The translations under genes were made by a program, and so were the position numbers. A stretch of DNA of 64,000 bases from NCBI GenBank assembly GCA_011109175.1, contig RDEW01000010.1:124001-188000 (forward strand), given 5' to 3'. The notes beneath the pieces were generated by a model. That model made no database searches. It was not told where the DNA came from and saw nothing but the letters and a program-made list of their open reading frames with translations. The stretch is from Dicyema japonicum. Taxonomy: Eukaryota > Animalia > Dicyemida. The first letter of the stretch is position 1. Each line of letters starts with the position of its first letter. Shown here piece after piece: positions 12,145-24,316 of this stretch.

Positions 12145-13764
12145 GGTATCCAGACATTTGGCAGAGAGGACATTTATCCGACAAAATATTAGGCCGGCAG
12201 ACATTTGGAGTACAGGAAATTTAGCAAAAATAACTAAGAAATATGCCATACTTTTTATTAGCACATTGTTTTAAAATTAAGAGATAAAATTCAAGATAAA
12301 AACATCAAATAAAATGAATTGGAAGTTACATCAATACTCATTGTTCTGTAGGTAAAACAGTTAAGATTTACTTAAAGGCTATGAAAAAGCGCACTCAAAA
12401 ATTCAACTGGAGTGAATTCATCATATTTTTTCAATACTGTTTATCATTTTGTTCACATCCTGGTACTTCTTTACTTGTCTTATTGTAATTCCGGCCATCA
12501 CTTGTTCTACTGTGAGCTCTGACTGTTCTTTTCGTATTTTTGCAACAAGCCGAAAACAGTTGGATGTTTTATAGACACTCTTTTTGAATAAGATTTGTGT
12601 CATCCTTCAAGTGAATTCGTAGTTCTTAGGAAGTTTTCTTCTGCCTGTACATTCCACATTTCCAAACTAAACAATGGTCTTCTTCTCCTTCCACGTTGCA
12701 AGGCTCCTATTTATGTTGTCTCAAAATAGGTAAGAAAATCTCCCAACACGTCATCAGTCTCGTCATCTATAGTTTCAAAGAGCGCTCGGAAACTCTCAAT
12801 GACATGAGGTACAGGAACAAATGCCAGTGTTTGAATACTTTTAATTAATTTTGCATTTGCTGGGTCATTGTACCATGCCTGAAGTTCTAGATTTTGTATT
12901 TTTCGCCATAAACACTGCCCAAAGTGAAAGTAGCAGCCATACACATTTGCATTTGGAAAAATTCTGTTGATAGCATTGATCGCTGCTCGCTTATAATCTA
13001 TGGTAAATGATAGTGGATTCAATTGTGGTCTTTTCTCTTTCAGTGTTGAAAATATTTGTTTATACATTTGTTGAGATTTATCTTAAGCAATAGCGTACAC
13101 TAATGGAACCGTACACGTTTCACATGTAACATGTATAACTGAAAACCAAATGGAGATGAATCAAAAGTACCATCACATAATCAATGTTCTTTCATAGACA
13201 TAAGATCAATGTTTCTTGCTGTTGTTAATATAAGCAATCCATCACTATCGTGTAGCACAAAATCATCTCCTCTTAGAGTACTTTTAAGTTCATCAGTTAG
13301 AACATTACCGTCTTGAATTTGATCTGTACGCTGTCGAACAGTACGTGCAAGGGTTTCTTTTTGGTAGCGCACAAGCAGCATCAATGGGGTATGTGCTTAA
13401 ACAATTTTGGATAACTGTGGATGTAGTTTCTTCAGAATCTCTCGCTCTTTTCTTTATCGTATTGACGGTTTTCAGCGCATGTAAACGTCCTGCATTTGGT
13501 GGGTGTTCGTGTGGTGTCATAGTTCCATTAAGTTCTTCGTTAACAGTTTTTACTTCGCCTTTCCATTTTCCTTTCAGCTCACATCTCCAATATATGACAT
13601 TGTCTCTCTGTTTATCCATAATGTACGCATAGCATCATGCAGAAGTTTTCTCTCTTTTGTGTAAATTCCATTTTTACAGTTATTAAAATACTTAGTGTAT
13701 TTCTTGATCATTTATGCTTATTGAATTGTCGGCTAAACGTCTGTCGGCCAAATGTCCTAGTACC
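12145..13764 (-). mobile_element. Mutator-like (FLYWCH plus MULE domain) DNA transposon, decayed
   Basis: VIYWRCE...HEHPPN (FLYWCH) and IDYKRAAINA...GCYFHFGQCLWRKIQ (MULE). Inverted termini are built from GGACATTTGGCCGACA-like repeats and begin with GGTA at both ends. No TSD seen. Confidence 0.85.
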
Positions 13765-13789
13765 ACTTATGGTAGGCAAGAAACTGATC

Positions 13790-14990
13790 TTCAAAGGGGC
13801 TACCAGAAGATCGCACCATTTTCAAGAATTTTTGTTTTTTGCCACCGAGATGTTCCATAACTTTTTTGAGATCTAGTGTGTTCCTCATTTCTGACGTAGG
13901 CGTCATTCTGTCACATTTAAGAAGGATCCGGAGGCATTGGTTTTGTATGACCTCTAATTTGTTCTGCGTGGATATTGACTAGGGTGTAATCCACGCCGTA
14001 CATGCATGTTCCATTGTCGGTAGAATATACTGTTTGTATAATAATTTGAGATGAGAAAGTGAAGATATTGGAGATCTAGCAAAGGTCTTGAGGATCCCCA
14101 TCTTTTTTTAAACTCTTGAAATTATTGTGTCTACATGATGTGTGAACGTCTTCAACGGGTCATATGTAACTCAAGAATCGATGGGTTCTTATTAACTGGG
14201 ATAACCTCTCCATTCCAAGTTAATTTAGGGTCGAAGGATGTATGTTTTCTGTAGGAGAAGATAATCGCAGTAATCGACTTCCCAGGGGATATTTTCATGT
14301 GGTTTTTGAGGAACCATGGGTTCATAATGTCGAGGGTCTCCTGAACCCTTTGCGCAGCTTCTTTATGGTTTTGGTGTCTTGCTGCGACAATGAGATCGTC
14401 GACATAAGACAGAAGGATGGTATTTTGGATGTTTGGATTTGAAAGGTCTCTTGTAAATAAATTGAACAAGGTTGATGATAAAGGGGATCCTTGAGGGACC
14501 CCGTTGGGGAGGTATGTTGTCTTTATTTTTTATTATTCATGACAACTTGGCCTCTTCTTCCATTAATGAAATTGGCCAGCCACATCTGGATGGATATCGG
14601 TGTCAAAAATTTTTGTTGTTAGAGTCTTCCAAGGTACCGAATGAAACGCCTTCTCGATATCCAGAGCGACAAGTATTGTTCTTTTGGTTTTGAGTAGTTC
14701 AGTCCATCCGAGATGAACTGAGTTAGTTTTGTTGGATGTGTTGAGGTTGTGTATCCCGATCTGAGGCCATGTTGGAAACTTGCATGAGTAATCTTGTGGA
14801 GAATTAATTTTTCCAATGTTCTTGAAAGGCCACAATGGATAGATGACTGCCCTAAACGCATTGGAAATTGCTTCTTTCGCGCTTGCTTGTAAGTTATCAT
14901 TTCAGGTTCATTTGGGGAGACTCTTTCAAAATCCGTGCTCTTTGGTTTCAAATCGTTGCTTTTATAGCGTTCGACCTCAAAAATCAAAAG
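13790..14990 (-). mobile_element. Family-A LINE RT fragment
   Basis: FQHGLRSGYTTST, LVALDIEKAFHSVP (opposite-frame pieces), GSLKDP, LSYVDDLIVAAR, NKNPSIL. Confidence 0.85.
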
Positions 14991-15619
14991 TCGTCAGTTC
15001 TCTGTCAAAAAGGTTGTCATTGAACTGTTAGGAATTCAAATTTGAATGGGCTGTGTAATTCCCCTCAAAATAAGGATTTTATTGAGGATTTACTTACATT
15101 TTCGTTTGTGGAATCAATTTGCGAAATTTTTATCGAAAACAGGACAAATATTGCTGTTATTCATAACGAACTTTAATTTTGTCACAACCTGAACCTGAAA
15201 AAAATTGCAGAAATCCTCATTAAAGTTTAGGATTTCCTCCCTTTTCCGTTTTATTGAGTTTTAGCCGCTTTGATGGAATTTTGAGTGACAGATCATAGTT
15301 GGTCTTATTTGATTTTGAAAAAGTCAAATTTTGGATAACATAAAGTTCGATTTGTCACTTATGACAATCCCTTATCTCAAAACATTCCGAAAAAACGTGA
15401 ATTTCCCGTTAATATTTCTGGTGGTGTTTACCTGGACATTGAAGCCTCCGAGAAGACGCGCACATGGTATATAATCAATCTATAGCTTTCAGGTTAATGA
15501 ACACGTGTCAGGTCGTGGAAAACTCAGACTTTGTTTCCAGATATTTGGTTACTACCGGCAATTTTGTGAGAAAATCCTGAAACCAGGAACTAATTTACAG
15601 GGCCCGAAATACGATCCAG

Positions 15620-17345
15620 AACAACAAGGGAGAGTATTTTCCTTGTCGCATTCATTAGTGTAATCGGGCATATAGATTTCCTCTTTCCTTTCCAGGTTTC
15701 TGAATTGGGATCAAGGTGCCACTCCCAGCATCAAAAGGGCTGTGACATTTGGACGTCCTGTTTAGGACTGTGCAGATTAACTCAGCCACCCTGTCTGACG
15801 CTTATTTCAATAATTCTGCATTCACGTTGTCCGGTCCAGATGCTCTGCCATTCTTGAGCTTACCCAAGGCTGAAACAAATTCGTATTGCGTGATGCTTTG
15901 ATTCGAGTTTCTGGGAATTCCTTCGAACGGTTCCAAGTGTTCATTGAGATTTAGTCGTTTTTTATAGAAAGCGTCAATTTTATTTGCTGATTCCTGGCCG
16001 TTGATTATTACTTTTCCTGTGTCATCAAGAATTGTGATTCTTTCCGGTCTGGTATTGCGTGATAATTGTTTAACAGCATTCTTACACCATGTTTATACTG
16101 TTCAGCGTCTTTTACCAAGTTATCCAGTGTATGCCGGGCTAGTTCCCTCACTCTTCTCTTTATTTTGTATTTGATTCTGTTGCGTTCTCTTTTAAGTCAG
16201 TTTGGCTTGTCGAGTCTGACGACTCTATTAAGAGTCGGAGTTTCCTTTGGTTTTTTGACAGTTCTTCTATTTATTTGTCAAAAATTCCCTTGAACCTCCT
16301 TGGGCGATTTCCCAGTACAATCCCAGCAGCCTGCCTGACTCTGATAGAAATATTCTTCCATAGCAGCACGGGTGACATTTTCGAGTCGACATTTTCCAAC
16401 AGTTTCGATATTTTCTCTCCGTACTTGTTACGGGTATTGTCGGAAGCACATAGAGCCTCCACGGCCAAGGTCCTGCTCCGCGTAAATACTGCCAGTTCTC
16501 CGGAGATTCCAAAGCGTCGCTTTAGAATGAGACGTGCCACTAGTAGTCTGTGATCACTCGAGGTCATCATGCCACTGTACGTTCAGGAGTCCCCTCTGTG
16601 TTTGCTTGCATAGTATGTAGTCGATTTGGTTTAATATTTATGGACTCGATTTCTATAGGAGTCTCTCCTCTGCTCTGTCCACGTCGTAATATGTCGTGTT
16701 GCACGTTGGAACGCCGTGTTACAAAGGAATAGTCCAAATGACTCGCAGAAATGTATAAGGGCCTCCCCGGACAGATTTCTGATCCATCGAGCGTGGCTGC
16801 CCAAGCAATTTGATTAGTCCCGCTTTTTCCCCACTTTTGAATTCCAGTCTCCCGCTATAAAGAGCATGTAGGAGCTTGACAGGTAGGAGTAAGCCGATGA
16901 TAAGGATGAGTAGAAATTGTCAAGTTCCTCTGCGTTGGCGGATACCCTCACTGTGGTCGGTTCATATACATTGATTATCGATAGAGTAGTATTATGGTTG
17001 TTTCCGAGGCGTAGTTGGAGGATGGCAATCCTTTCGTTATACTCTATTATCTATGAGCTACCATAGCTGCGTTCACGCTTGTAGCGAACCCCATCCCATA
17101 ATGTCGGCAGTCTGACGGCAACTGGAGCAGTCATAGTCGTTAATTGTTTCACCCAGATTATTGGGGACTTTAGTCTTCTAAGGACAGCATACAAATATTC
17201 CGTATCGTTGGAGGACAGCACATAAGTGTTGTCTTTTTACGTATGATGTTAGTCCTCTTGCATTGAATGATCCAATGGAAATAGGGAAGATTGAGTGCAT
17301 ATAGAAGACATTTGTACAAAAAAGGCACGTCACCACCTCAACCAG
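15620..17345 (-). mobile_element. RTE-like LINE, 5' half (leader, APE, start of RT)
   Basis: Leader TGGTTGAGGTGGTGACGTG, ATGTCT start, SIGSFNARG, SDHRLLVARL, SGPDNVNAELLK, LIPIQKPG. Confidence 0.8.
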
Positions 17346-18580
17346 AAAGCACTTGCGGCACTTGGACTGAAACCGAACCCGTATAAATGTGAAATCATAA
17401 ACGTTGCTTGCGGAGAGGAAGACTTCGGCCGTGCAGTGAGGTTAATTTTTACTAATCTCCGGGATGTCTCGGTCACCCAACTCGAAAAAGCAATTTTTCT
17501 TAGCTCTCCTCTATACTGCAGTAATGTGTCAACTCGCCTGGAGGAAAAATGCATCCTTTTAACAATTCACACCAAATTTAAAAGTCCTGGACTCCCACAC
17601 GTCTTTATTCTTCCTCAGTAATTTTTACCTTACGTTCCCGGTTTCACGGATATGAACTTCTTAAGAGCCATCGACGAGGAGCTGAGGACTGCCGTTGAAG
17701 AAACACTCAACAAATCTTTTGATAAAACTGGCTAGATCCAATGCAAACTACTGCATCGCAGATTACGCGCACCACTAGAACTGTCTTCTCGGACTCTCTA
17801 TCTTCGACATATGCTTCCAGTGGTCTCACACGCCAGATCCTACGCTACATTAACGGATCGGACGCTGAACCAGTGGTATGCATGGCTCGAGAAGTCTGGA
17901 CGCAACTGGGTGTTGGATTCTCGAAAAACGCTAAAAAACAACGAGAAGGGGACAAGCATTTATGTTCAAAGATCATAGAAGAGATAAACCTGTGATTGAT
18001 CAGCATTGTCTGTCTTGCTTGGCTTCTGCATCGACAAACGACAATGGAGTCTGACTCAGAGCATTAACATGCACCTCACTTGGGACACTATTGGATGACG
18101 ACGCGACGAGGATTGGGGTTTCCGTCGACCTTGGAATAGATGTTTGCACGATCCATCGGTGTAGATGTGTAGGAATTATCGATGCGAAAGGTCTTCACCT
18201 TCTTTCCTACCGGACTACTCTTTTCCCATGGGAAAGTAGTAAATTCCTCGTTGGGACGCCACCTGAGTCGATATCCTCTCTCTCACCAACCTTGTAATGA
18301 CAGCAACTAACCCAGGCTCTGCTTCGGAGAAGGCTGAAACCCTAAAGTTGAAGAAATACGCATGTCTTGGAGGACAGTTCATTTTTGAACCAGTCGCCGT
18401 GGAAACGTCAGGAATCATAGGAAACAGGTTACTGGTCCTGTTAAACACAATCGGATCGCTCATCGCCCAGAAAAAATGATAGGAGAGAAAGGATTTGACT
18501 CATTGTGCGCATTTCCTTGCAAATCGTCAGGGGAAATGCGCTCATTATGAGAGCAGCCATCAGGTGTTAACTGTTAGTTT
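17346..18580 (+). mobile_element. CRE-like RLE non-LTR retrotransposon fragment
   Basis: ALGLKPNPYKCEI, LDDDATRIGVSVDLG...CRC, AEKAETLKLKKYACLGGQFIFEPVAVETSG, ISLQIVRGNA. Confidence 0.78.
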
Positions 18581-18599
18581 TTGAATTAAATAAAATTGG

Positions 18600-19000
18600 T
18601 TTATTACAAAAATTCACTATTCGCATGCTAGGCAATACAAATCTATTAATTGATCCTTTACTTACGGAACCTATTCCCTAGATGTGGAGACGGATTCCCT
18701 CATTTTTGTGATAAAGACTGATACCCAATTTGTATACTTCTGTCCTGGGCAAAGGAAAGTCGGTGGACAGAAATTCTCTAATCAATTTCTTGTTCAGGTA
18801 TGAGAGAAGGCGGTTCCAGGCAGCGGTGAATACAATGGATTGCTACAGATTAGATGAGGAATTGGAATCTTTGTCTTTCTCAGTGACCCCGGGGTTCTTA
18901 ATAAGTGAATCTCACAAAATCGGAATTCTAAAATAATAGGAGTAACGTTTGATCGTCATTGCTCTTCCACCATGTCAGAAGCATTTAGGCTAGCGGGCTC
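18600..19000 (+). mobile_element. Highly decayed family-A LINE RT remnant
   Basis: Weak RT-like motifs ending in GVTFDRH. Confidence 0.4.
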
Positions 19001-19259
19001 CCTCAAATCTGAAATGACCTGTACAACTGATCACCATAGACAACTCTTTTTTCCTTTGTTCAAAATCCCACTTTTAATTTTAACAACATGGCTTTAGTGA
19101 TTCATTATGTCTCAATTTAAGATGTTTATAAGAGATATTTTCGAATGTGAGCAAATTAAACAGACCTTATGTGGAATTGATCAAAAGAAACGGAGATTAC
19201 GTGAAAAGGCCTTACTATTTTTCGATTGTCACAGGTCATTCATAAGGCTTCGGAGTCCC

Positions 19260-19900
19260 TCTGGACTTTGTGGATGATGTAATAGAACACATCAAGAAGG
19301 ACTCCACAAGCAGGGGAGGGAACTTCGGACCATGAATGTCTGGCTTTGCTCTGGAGCAGAGGCAGAAAGGATCAGCATCGAGAAAGTACGCATTGGTTAC
19401 TTTAGGTTCGGTATGGCCCTAGAGCGATCAAAGAAATCCAGTGCTATAGCTGCCAAGGATTCGACCACACCAGCTCCCGATGCACTTTTTTTTAATAACC
19501 CCGGATACACCGAGAAAGAAGTTAAAGTAAACAACTAATTAAGTGTATCCAGTTTCCACTTCTACAGAAACAGAGTCCTTCCGGAATCAGCACAAAAGGT
19601 AAGACGTCCATTACATGCAGTTTGGAAACCCCTCCAGTGGAGTGGAGAAGAGCAAATGATCCTTTTTCGAGCCGGCCTAGCACTGGTCACCTAGACAGGT
19701 GGATCACATGACGCCACTCTATTAGGAAGAGAGAGGAGGAACAAACAAGCAAGCAGAAAACTTCAACCAATAAACCGATGCACTTATAAAGAGAAGTGCT
19801 TGAATTGATGGGATACAAATTCGCGGATGGCCTGTCAAATCAAAAGTCAGGTTTCTTAAGTGCGTGAACTGTAGCGAGGAGGGACTTTGACGTACAATTT
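19260..19900 (+). mobile_element. Gag-like ORF1 remnant (CCHC knuckles) of an I/jockey-type LINE, split by a 287-bp insertion
   Basis: Removing 19488-19785 restores IQCYSCQGFDHTSSRCTYKEKCLN, followed by KCVNC. Confidence 0.65.
19488..19774 (-). mobile_element. 287-bp bipartite (5' end plus 3' end) derivative of family-A LINE with 11-bp TSD
   Basis: CCGATGCACTT at 19477-19487 and 19775-19785. The 5' part matches the 6430-6630 LINE UTR (GTGGCGTCATGTG identical). The 3' part matches the 3760-3830 LINE terminus plus an A tail. Confidence 0.82.
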
Positions 19901-20199
19901 GAAAATGGCCAAATAAATCCGCAATTGAAAAAAAAATTAAATTTTAGGGGCGCTGAAAATTTGAAGCTTTCAAAATTTTATCAAAAGGTGGCGCTAACTT
20001 AAAAAAGGTTAACAACCACTGATTCAGTCCTTGCAGTTTTTAGAACATATCCTTTTCAAATTCATCCAAAAAATATCAGAAATTGTCTCCAATCCCATGA
20101 CTAATTAACCCTACACTTTCCAGAAATGGACTGTAAAAATACTGTAATTCACCATAACCCATTCCATGAATTTATTTTTTATTTATTTATTATTTTTTT

Positions 20200-20480
20200 T
20201 TAATAACCCCGGGAACACGAGAAAGAAAGACAAAAGAGTCAGACAGTTAGGTGATCCCAGTCCTCGCAATCACTTGCTGATTCGACGTCTGTGATCCTCC
20301 ATCGTCCCCACTACTTTCGGAAGAGCCTTCTCTCGTCCATGAATTGACTCCATGACTCCAACCCATCATAATTCATAATCTATTCCATAAATTGACCCTA
20401 ACCGATTGTCTAATTCACCTTAAACATTCCAGAAATCGACATTAACCTCAATTCAACTTTGTTTCATGATTGACAAGAGC
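20200..20480 (-). mobile_element. Family-A LINE 3' end
   Basis: GGGATCAC...TCTTTCTCGTGTTCCCGGGGTTATTAAAAAAAATAA terminus shared with 3760, 19490, 37010, 47720 and 49965. Confidence 0.7.
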
Positions 20481-20629
20481 CTTGTCTTTAGTGAATATGG
20501 ATTAGGCTACAGATTCATTGACATCTGAAACTACGGTTTTGAACAGTGGTGATGGACTAAAAATTGAAAAAAAACTAAATGATCATCTGTCGGAGGAATA
20601 GATGTCTTATTAGTAATCATCGTTAATTG

Positions 20630-22219
20630 TTAAAAGTTAAGTTTTGTGTATTGAGAGACTGTACTCCAATTATTCAAAGCAACAGAATTTTCATAATAAG
20701 TCCTATCTTTAGTTTCCGGCATGAAGATGAAAAGAAATATGAATCCCCCAATGCACATTGAGACGAAAACGAGCAAAATATAATTCTCAAGAAACCTGCA
20801 GAAATTATAAAGCATATACATTGCTAAGGGCTGGTCTGAATATCCAAAAAACAACAAAGTTTGCAAAATTTCCAACGAGAACCCCACCAGAGGCAGCCTT
20901 ACCCCTGGAATCTTGCGTAAAGTACTCAACCATAATAGCTGAGGGACAATTCCATATGAAACAGCAAATGATATAATGAAGATGTATATTGATATAATGA
21001 CAAGGCTGTATATTATGCACCAGAGATATGACTTCCATAATTAAACTTGTATAATTATTAGGGTTGGCCATAATAAAAAACCTTCTCCCATTTTTCAATT
21101 AATGGAATCTTAATGTAACATTATTAATTACGGCGAAAATTGTGGCAATACAATTTACTGCCCCAGTGCCGATTACTACATAAGGTATTGCCCATTTTTT
21201 AACCCCAGCTTGTCATAAATGGATCCGGTAAATGATAAAACTTAATTAATTGTAGTATTTACAGCATTAATTCCCGTGAATTGGACCAAAATTAGAGAAA
21301 CGAAAGACAATTGTGAGAGGTTGCTAAGTGATTTACGAGTGAACAGTTCTATCCATGAAATTCAGTCGTTGATGTATTTTCTATTTCTTCTTTCATTTCT
21401 GAAATCTCTTCTTACAAGTTTCTATTTCCTAAACTGATCAGTGCTAAAATGAATAATTTTATTACCATTCATAGCTTGGTTTCATCATTTGTTTTGAACA
21501 AAATATGACGAGGGCTGTCGGGAAAGAAGAAAAACAATGATGTGAATACTACTGAAATCATTCCCGGATTGTTAATGAAATGCTCCAATAAGATTCATTT
21601 CCTTAAATGTAAATGAAGAATACTGAAAATTGGAGGAATATTCAATATTTGAGCTATTAATATCCCCAATGTAATGGCGAACTGATGGATTGCAATTACT
21701 CCTCCACGGAATCCCATTGGCGTTATTTCGATCATGTACATTGTTACAATGGGCACCAGAATTCCTACAAACTAAGCAATACTTCCTTACCCACACTTAA
21801 ACCCGAAAAAAAGCGAGAAGGAAACAAAAGCTCGATAGAATTTAATGGTTTACTTAGTCCCCCAAAAAGTGACCCAATGATGACAAAGCGCTATTATAAA
21901 TAAGTGCCATTTTCCTTCCAACTCTATCAGCGATAAATGGTGCCATGAAAGCCCCAATAGTTGCTCCAATTAAATATATGCTGGCAATTCCAGCCCAAAT
22001 AAGAGAAAAACTTTTCTAATTCTATTCTGGTAACAAAACATATCTATAATTTAAGATAGTTACATTAATTCTTTAGCTTGCTATGGATAAGTCATAAACT
22101 ACCTCTTCTATGCCTTCCAATACCCCATTTCCATGTCCATATATTATGAGCAACCAAGTCCGGCAATGATATTGCACCATAATATTTCAAAGATACTGAG
22201 TTAACGCTTTTATATCCAT
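20630..22219 (-). CDS. Facilitated sugar transporter (GLUT/SLC2A-like), copy 1; several 1-nt indels in this assembly
   Basis: ADRVGRKMAL, FRGGVIAIHQF, QFTGINA, VPQAIMVEYF, MPETKDRTY. Seven micro-introns by comparison with copy 2. Confidence 0.85.
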
Positions 22220-22494
22220 GTATAATTGTGACGATAAAAATTATTTAAGCAAATTCTAATCAGTTCTAGGAAATATATATTCCCGAGTCGTTTTTCGTCA
22301 AAATAGTTTTCAATTCCAGCTTATTGATTTTTATCAATTTTTCACAATTATGACTCCTAATTACGGTAGTAATTACAATTGACGTATTCCAGAACTCCTC
22401 TAGTCACTTTAGTATCTCTTAATAGTCGGACTGCTTTTTATACGTGACTTATTAACTTTTTTTCACTTAGTTAAACTTTTGTTTTGGTCAAAAC

Positions 22495-23900
22495 ATAAGT
22501 TAGTTAGTTGCCGCCCTCACAGCGTGGCTGTTCCCTCTCAGAATTGCGAGCGAAATCCGCTCAAATAGCCTGCGGTGTTCACGGAGATCTCCAGTGCATG
22601 ATGTGATCCGGTTTCCAAGACCTCCAAAAAACTCGATTGTAGAAGGGGAGTAGGATCCGTAAGTCTCCATTGCAAAGGGAACAAATTTGACATTATCGGG
22701 AAGGTCGACGTATTTTTCGAGTTTGGCCTTCTCCGCCTTGACGGCTGCAGAGCAGGCCTTTGAAGAGCACTCGTGAAGATTGTTCGGGGCGAACGTGTCT
22801 GTACATGTCACGTCCCAAACAAGTGGTTTCCTGGCCTCAAAGGGAAATATGGTCATTCCGTCCGGTCTTTTCCCATCACTTTGCATCCATAGCCCGCTTG
22901 ACAATCTCATTCAGAACCTTGTGCCTTGGAGATCTGCCAGCGCTCTTCTTGCATGCATGAGCAGTCTATCAAGGTGCCACATCGACACGGGTGAGGTACA
23001 CATACTTTTAGTCCCAGCCGCAGAGATACCACTTCTATTCCTCTCAAATTCCGAGGGAGAACAGCAGTGGTCCGAGGAGATCGCCCTTTTGAACACCTGA
23101 GGACGATGGAACTATGAAATCCCCGTGCAATAGTGACGTAGACTTTTCGTATGAATAATTGACCAGTTCAAATATATATGGGCATTTTTCTTTGCAGGCA
23201 TCCAGAATGTAGTCACTTCTTTAACTGTTAAAAGCGTTCTTGATGTCCAGCTTTACCATAATGTTCCTTTTAAAGCCTTGAATGCTGCGGTTCCTGAATG
23301 TCCTGACGGAGTGAACGGCTGCCTCATATCCAAAACGAACTCCGACTTCAACTTGACTGGGAAGTAAGGATTTTGACAAGATTGACGTAGAAAATCTGGA
23401 AGCAATTTTGGCTGCTAGTCTCCTGAAGGTGAATCCGACCGCGATCCCTTCTTGTCGACTGCAATCAAACTAGCCGAAAACAAGATGTGACGTATCAAAT
23501 CAGGCAAATATCCAGATAATATCCTGTTAATCAGAGAAGTGATGAGCAGGAGAGATGACATGCTGGTCTCCAATAGTCTGTGAAATTAGGTCTTTAAGAT
23601 GGCCGGGCTTTAAGCCATCAGACTTCCACTGCTACTTGGTGCAAAGTTCCATAACGCCGTGATGACATCCTAAGGCGAACAGGTCAAAGGGGTCACTTTT
23701 GATGGAAATTAACAGTGGCGTAGGTCATTCGGAAAGGATGGATGCTTCTCCAATAGAATCTTGTAAGTATCAGCGGTTGGATTCCGTGGTCCGTCTGAGA
23801 GGGCCTTTAATGTGGATCGAGTTCCTCCTTCAAGCAACTTCGATCGTACGGTTTTAGGAGAAAAATCTCCGTTTCCTGAGTTGAACTTCGAGTCTCAGTT
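22495..23900 (-). mobile_element. CRE-like RLE non-LTR retrotransposon, internally deleted
   Basis: GVQKGDLLGPLLFSL (RT); DGKRPDGMTIFPF..LVWDVTCTDT...FVPFAMETYG...RISLAILRGN (RLE C-terminus); (TAAC)n tail at ~22495. Confidence 0.88.
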
Positions 23901-24316
23901 GAACGGATGCAAAAGGATGGGAGGTCCGTTAAGTGAGTTCTATCCATAAATGCGCGGATGTTGTTTTTCATTTCAATCGAGAGAGACTCTTTCCCATTGC
24001 GATCTCGGGGGAGCCAAGTGCGAAAGGAGAAAAATTAAACAAACATATCCAGTCGTTTATAGAGTCGGAGCGGGTTTCCCAGAATCAAAAGGGAAGATCT
24101 GGTCGTTTCCCATCACGCCTGCAAAGACCGACTGGTTAGAGCATGGAGGGGTGTAACGAATTTGTTCAAGGTCTTCCTGCAGAAGAGGGAGTAAAAGTTT
24201 CCCCGTCATCTCACCAAAAAACAGTCTTCAAAATTCCACAAAACCCTCATAAAACTTAAAAAACCAAATCGAATTTATTAGGAAAGCAAACAAAAATATA
24301 AATTAGTCAAATCCAC

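Noticed and set aside
15000-15610. Possible micro-intron-containing gene fragment
   Set aside because: Splice-like sites occur on both strands, but no recognisable protein or consistent frame emerges.
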